From a virus (taxonomy: Duplodnaviria; Caudoviricetes): DNA of 64,000 bases. Below the pieces are notes generated by a model. It ran no database searches, was not told the origin of the DNA, and saw nothing but the letters and a program-made list of their open reading frames with translations. Shown one piece after another: positions 59,847 to 64,000 of this stretch (position 1 is the stretch's first letter; every line of letters starts with the position of its first letter). The position numbers and the translations under genes were made by a program. The DNA is taken from IMG/VR virus record IMGVR_UViG_3300021430_000575, positions 19,401 through 83,400 of that record, one strand, 5' to 3'.

Positions 59847-60206
59847 CTAGGAAACTGTATTCCCCATTTTTTCTATGATCAAACTTCGATTAGAATCGTC
59901 TAGTTCAATATATCCTATTACTTCAATCATATCGAAATAGTGTTCAAGTTGATCAACTGCATCTTGCAAATCTTTTACAACACACACCAGTCCTAGGATA
60001 TCTGCAGCTATATATTGAGATAAAAATTCATCAATTTTTGATTCATTAAAACTTAAAAATATGTTTCGTAAAAAAGAATCATCAACTGTTTGTTTGAGAT
60101 TTTTGCGACTACGGTAGTCATTGTCCCCCTTTATTCTAATAAATTCCCAGGGTATTTCAACACTACCTTCTTTCCATGTTTTAAATTCTATATATAATTC
60201 TTTCAT
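59847..60206 (-). CDS. Hypothetical protein
   Basis: 119-aa ORF; TAAATA 5 nt upstream. Confidence 0.7.
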   Translation of the reverse strand: MKELYIEFKTWKEGSVEIPWEFIRIKGDNDYRSRKNLKQTVDDSFLRNIFLSFNESKIDEFLSQYIAADILGLVCVVKDLQDAVDQLEHYFDMIEVIGYIELDDSNRSLIIEKMGNTVS

Positions 60207-60233
60207 ATATATATTTAGAACGTTTTATTTTAA

Positions 60234-60263
60234 TTGACAAAATTTATTCTGATCTCATATAAT
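60234..60263 (+). promoter_or_regulatory. sigma70-type promoter for infA
   Basis: TTGACA, 18 nt, TATAAT; ATG 8 nt downstream. Confidence 0.65.
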
Positions 60264-60271
60264 ATTTAGGC

Positions 60272-60505
60272 ATGGGAAAAGAAGATATCGTTCGCTTTAC
60301 AGGTAAAGTAATTGAAATTTTACCAAACACTCTATTTAAAATTGAACTTGAAAACACTCATGTCCTTTTAGGACATCTTGCTGGAAAACTTCGAGTCAAC
60401 AATGTTAATATAATACTTGGTGACACTGTTGATGTTGAAGTTAGCCCATACGATCTAACACGCTGCCGTATTGTATGGCGTCATAAACGACAAAGAAATT
60501 CATAA
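60272..60505 (+). CDS. infA: Translation initiation factor IF-1
   Basis: KED....GKVIE.LPN..FKIELEN.H..LGHLAGKLR.N...I..GD.V.VE.SPYDLTR.RI.WR. Confidence 0.9.
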   Translation: MGKEDIVRFTGKVIEILPNTLFKIELENTHVLLGHLAGKLRVNNVNIILGDTVDVEVSPYDLTRCRIVWRHKRQRNS

Positions 60506-60523
60506 TTAATTTTATTTTATTAC

Positions 60524-61606
60524 TTAGTAAGACTCGACATCGGGCACCTTTATATCATTTTCATTAAAGTACTTTAGAATGAGATCAAGGTTTGATTGCA
60601 GCCTAGCATCATTTGGCATATGCTCAAGTGCTAGTTTGCTATGAGCATATGATTCATGAAATAGATTTAAGTTCCATGCAGAAATTGAAAGTAAGTCATG
60701 CGGCTGCCACCCCCAAGCTTCTGGGGTGCAAGTATAATCCATAGGATGTTTAGTAATAGCTAATGCATTTTTAGCAGTTTTGTAGCAGTTAATCCAATCC
60801 TGTTTTTCATAGTAATACTGCGCCAAATTAACCAACGGTTCTCTATGAGTTGGTACTTCTATGTGTGCCATTTTTAGCCAAAATTCTTTATTTTCTGAAT
60901 CAATCCATGATAGATTTATCATAGCCTGACCCCTTTCTACTTTATCCCAGCTCATACCTAAAAATTCTAAATAGGTTTTTTTGCTTTCTTCTAGATGACC
61001 TTGATACATGTATTCTCTTCCTAGATATGCACGTAATCTTGCATCATGCGGCCATTCTTTAACACTTTCCTGTAAAAGCGGTAAATCATTCTTTTTATCC
61101 TTAATATCAGGAAATTGATAGATTTTTAAATCGTCGGTAAAAGCTTGTATTTCTGGTAATCTACTGCAAAGACCTTCATGCGTACCTCCTTGCCAGCGAT
61201 ATCCTTTACGTGCATGTATTCTATCACAATACCATTGACGACCTGGCGACCCATCTGGATTCCAATTCCAAACATAAGGGTATCTAAGTTTAGTTGTACC
61301 AGGTACCCATGCTTTTTCAAGTGCATCTCTCCATCCTGGTTGCAAACGTTCGTCAAGATCTAATCTAATACAGACATCTACATCATCTGGTAAAAGATAC
61401 ATGGCAGTATTAAATGCATCATCAAATCTAAAAGGTTGAATTGACACCGACGTAACAGTTACACCTTTTTCTTTTAATAAACTGATTGTATTATCAGTTG
61501 ATCCAGTATCAGCAACACAGATAACATCTGCATCTTTACATGATTCGTACCAGTCATTTACATGTTTTTCCTCATTTTTGGCAGGGCAATAAATTCCTAT
61601 GCGCAT
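60524..61606 (-). CDS. GT2-family glycosyltransferase with TPR-like C-terminus
   Basis: KNEE...DTGSTDNT...LDLDE (DxD), HE.L; helical C-terminal YLGREY..., LAQYYY... repeats. Confidence 0.85.
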   Translation of the reverse strand: MRIGIYCPAKNEEKHVNDWYESCKDADVICVADTGSTDNTISLLKEKGVTVTSVSIQPFRFDDAFNTAMYLLPDDVDVCIRLDLDERLQPGWRDALEKAWVPGTTKLRYPYVWNWNPDGSPGRQWYCDRIHARKGYRWQGGTHEGLCSRLPEIQAFTDDLKIYQFPDIKDKKNDLPLLQESVKEWPHDARLRAYLGREYMYQGHLEESKKTYLEFLGMSWDKVERGQAMINLSWIDSENKEFWLKMAHIEVPTHREPLVNLAQYYYEKQDWINCYKTAKNALAITKHPMDYTCTPEAWGWQPHDLLSISAWNLNLFHESYAHSKLALEHMPNDARLQSNLDLILKYFNENDIKVPDVESY

Positions 61607-61609
61607 TAA

Positions 61610-62338
61610 TCATCTCCTAGCTTGTTTACACTGATCAAAATGCCATTTTTTCATAGCTGGTTTTCCACCACTTTTTCCGCAATGTGGACATTCAACTTTC
61701 ATTTTAGGTTTTCCTTTTAATGCAGCAGATACTGCTAATTTTTGAGATTTTCGTGCTTCTGCAGATAACACCCACCAACCAGGATTATTATCGCTTCTAA
61801 TTTTTGATATTTTAGATATGTAAGATTTAAATTCTTGGGAATGTGTATTACCTTTGTTTGGAGACGGACGACCTGTTAACGCCTTACTAAGTTTTGCTTT
61901 TGTCTCAGCGGTACGAGGAGGTAGGGTTTTCCCCTTATTCCACGGAATTTTGCCTTTTTGGGCTTTTGACATATTTTCAATATGTCTTTGAGAAAATTTT
62001 ATTCCTTTTCTTCCATTTGAAATTTTAGCCCTGATGCTCAGCGAACGTTTTATACCTTTCACGCCACCGCCTTCGCCACCTTTCTTTAAATTTAGGCATA
62101 ATGGATTAGATATTAATTCTTCAGTAACAATTTCAGCTTCTCTTAACATTAGAGACTTTTTATCTGGTAAAAATTCTATAATTTCTTTTCTAAAATTTTC
62201 AATTCCATATTTTTTTATCGATTCAACTAGTCTTTTTCCTGAACCCATGTAACCATCATTTAAATTTTTAGTTGAATGCATTCCGTAATAAAATTTATTA
62301 TTGATAATATTAGTTATTTTATAGATGTAATAATGCAT
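61610..62338 (-). CDS. GIY-YIG homing endonuclease with NUMOD3 repeats and C-terminal zinc finger
   Basis: YYIYKITN..NNKFYYG.H.T....DGYMGSG; ETKAKLS; CPHCG...HFDQC. Confidence 0.85.
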   Translation of the reverse strand: MHYYIYKITNIINNKFYYGMHSTKNLNDGYMGSGKRLVESIKKYGIENFRKEIIEFLPDKKSLMLREAEIVTEELISNPLCLNLKKGGEGGGVKGIKRSLSIRAKISNGRKGIKFSQRHIENMSKAQKGKIPWNKGKTLPPRTAETKAKLSKALTGRPSPNKGNTHSQEFKSYISKISKIRSDNNPGWWVLSAEARKSQKLAVSAALKGKPKMKVECPHCGKSGGKPAMKKWHFDQCKQARR

Positions 62339-62344
62339 GTTTAA

Positions 62345-62373
62345 ATTATATCTTCAGTTGTTTTATAAATCAA
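62345..62373 (-). promoter_or_regulatory. sigma70-type promoter
   Basis: TTGATT, 17 nt, TATAAT; ATG 6 nt downstream. Confidence 0.5.
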
Positions 62374-62407
62374 TTTAGTCTGTGGCAAAATTTATAGTTT
62401 TCAAATC

Positions 62408-63652
62408 TCAAAAATTTAAATCGCCGATGTTGTTTAATAAGCTACGTATTTCATTGCTATCTAATGTCATTAAGAAAACTCGGCGATCTTCGAAACTAAT
62501 TCCAGCAATTAAATCTTTTTTATTTGTATGCCAACACAATCCTATTATCATTTCCATGTTTATATGATTTATATAAAATGGTTCAGAGACCTTTATTAAA
62601 TTTCCCCAATGGTCATACATTACAAATCTATGTAACATGTTTCTAACATCTTTTTCTTTATCCAACACAACACATTCATGCACTATAGCCAAGTAACCAT
62701 TATCAAACGGTACCAATTGGCTACTGCCTCTATACGTCGATGCATCTATACAAGGACTCTTACTAGATACTATATTACCGTATTGATCTAGAATCGTAAC
62801 TGGGTCTGAATTATATACAAAATAAGGAATATCATGTATTACCAACGGCATCCAATTTTTTTCAGCATTATATTTTGCATTTTTAGGAATAATTTGATGC
62901 CACTCTACCATTCTATATATATTTTGTTCAGGAATAATTTTTGAAACAAATATTTGAGGCTTGCCATTACTATCTAAATTCATAGATGAGCTACTGCACC
63001 ATATTTCATTTTTTAAGAAAAATATTCTAGCATCTTCAAACCCTAGTGCCCATGCACTTGGATGTTTTTCTGGAAAGTCAACTGGTGGTAATAAATCAAT
63101 AGACTTAATTAATTCAAGTTTTTCATTAAATTTTACTACAAAGTTTTTTGTTTTAACAAATCCACTATCATCAACAAGAAATCCATGTTGATTATATTTT
63201 CTTGAATCATAGTTTACTGTGCGAAGTATTCCAACTATTTCATCATTATTATTAGTAATAGATAAATTGCAATTAAAATACCTATCCGGTGCAACAAAAT
63301 TTACAGGAATTAAAGCAGTCGATGGTGCAATTTGAAAAATATTGTTTGTATGAAATGATCTAGCTTTAAGAATTTCATACTTATTATCATATGTAACATT
63401 TTTTAAATAACTAAAATGATTTGCTAGATCTTTTGATCTTTGTCTTCTGATATTAGATTTAGTTTTAAAACCACTTAAACATAATAGTGTGTAAAATTCG
63501 TGTCTTAGGTTAGAATTCAATTCTAATTTAATTCCTGCTTCGCACAGAATACAACATAAATCAAATTGATTAGAATTATAAGCATCTCTAGCTAAATTAA
63601 GAACTGTAGTTGGATCTCCAAGATGATTATTATACAAAGATAGGTCAACCAT
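62408..63652 (-). CDS. TPR-like N-terminus plus GH130/GH43-like beta-propeller
   Basis: GFEDARIF, EKNWMP, YRGSSQLV, LAIVHE, HRFV motifs; next to GT2. Confidence 0.6.
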   Translation of the reverse strand: MVDLSLYNNHLGDPTTVLNLARDAYNSNQFDLCCILCEAGIKLELNSNLRHEFYTLLCLSGFKTKSNIRRQRSKDLANHFSYLKNVTYDNKYEILKARSFHTNNIFQIAPSTALIPVNFVAPDRYFNCNLSITNNNDEIVGILRTVNYDSRKYNQHGFLVDDSGFVKTKNFVVKFNEKLELIKSIDLLPPVDFPEKHPSAWALGFEDARIFFLKNEIWCSSSSMNLDSNGKPQIFVSKIIPEQNIYRMVEWHQIIPKNAKYNAEKNWMPLVIHDIPYFVYNSDPVTILDQYGNIVSSKSPCIDASTYRGSSQLVPFDNGYLAIVHECVVLDKEKDVRNMLHRFVMYDHWGNLIKVSEPFYINHINMEMIIGLCWHTNKKDLIAGISFEDRRVFLMTLDSNEIRSLLNNIGDLNF

Positions 63653-63654
63653 TG

Positions 63655-63921
63655 TTAATTACTTTTTAGAATTAGTACTCGTGTTGAATAAAAAAATTCT
63701 TGCCATTCATTATTGTCTAAGCCAATAAGGTGTTGAAAATTCTTTAACAAATTGTATTGGTATTTTCTAGCAAAATCCTTGCTTGTAGTAAACATTAATT
63801 TGTTAGAAAACATTGCAAAAGGAACCAGCCCATTTGATGTTTTATATCTGTTATGTAGATAATTGTAAATAGTGTTAGTTACTGCAAAATTTTCTGTGTC
63901 GTACACTGAATCAACTATCAC
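63655..63921 (-). CDS. Hypothetical protein
   Basis: 88-aa ORF, SD GGAGG. Confidence 0.65.
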   Translation of the reverse strand: MIVDSVYDTENFAVTNTIYNYLHNRYKTSNGLVPFAMFSNKLMFTTSKDFARKYQYNLLKNFQHLIGLDNNEWQEFFYSTRVLILKSN

Positions 63922-64000
63922 TATACCTCCAGATTGAAGAATATTTTCTGCTATACATAAATTATTATATATATTATCTTGATTATAACCATTGTTAATA

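Overview
AT-rich segment of a large (jumbo/huge) tailed phage genome, read with the standard genetic code. It has four parts. (1) 1-11.7 kb: a minus-strand tRNA array that probably continues left of the window. I count 23 recognisable tRNAs, two CCA-ended tRNA-like RNAs without a normal anticodon loop, a chimeric tRNA-Leu and a half tRNA-Pro. These are interleaved with six putative homing endonucleases and several strongly base-paired spacer RNAs. (2) 12-22 kb: a P-loop kinase with a class 3-type intein, an ExoX-like exonuclease, a DnaE-like fragment, GroES-like and macrodomain genes, and a clamp-loader subunit fractured by a naturally split intein with a free-standing endonuclease between the halves. 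(3) 22-54 kb: giant modular tail-fibre/virion genes with Thr-rich repeats, LamG-like lectins and (Gly-Pro-Thr)n collagen. (4) 54-64 kb: PhoH, HNH and GIY-YIG endonucleases, a SpoU/TrmH-family methyltransferase, IF-1 and glycosylation-related genes. The most striking feature lies directly upstream of the tRNA array (11430-11663, minus). A sigma70-type promoter precedes a 31-codon leader ORF containing 19 of the 20 amino acids, 15 of them consecutive and all different. This ORF overlaps a complete 1:2 / 2:3 / 3:4 attenuator ending in an intrinsic terminator. It looks like a ribosome-sensing attenuator that would switch on the tRNA array when almost any charged tRNA runs short. All calls are by eye from the sequence and the ORF track; no searches or folding programs were run.
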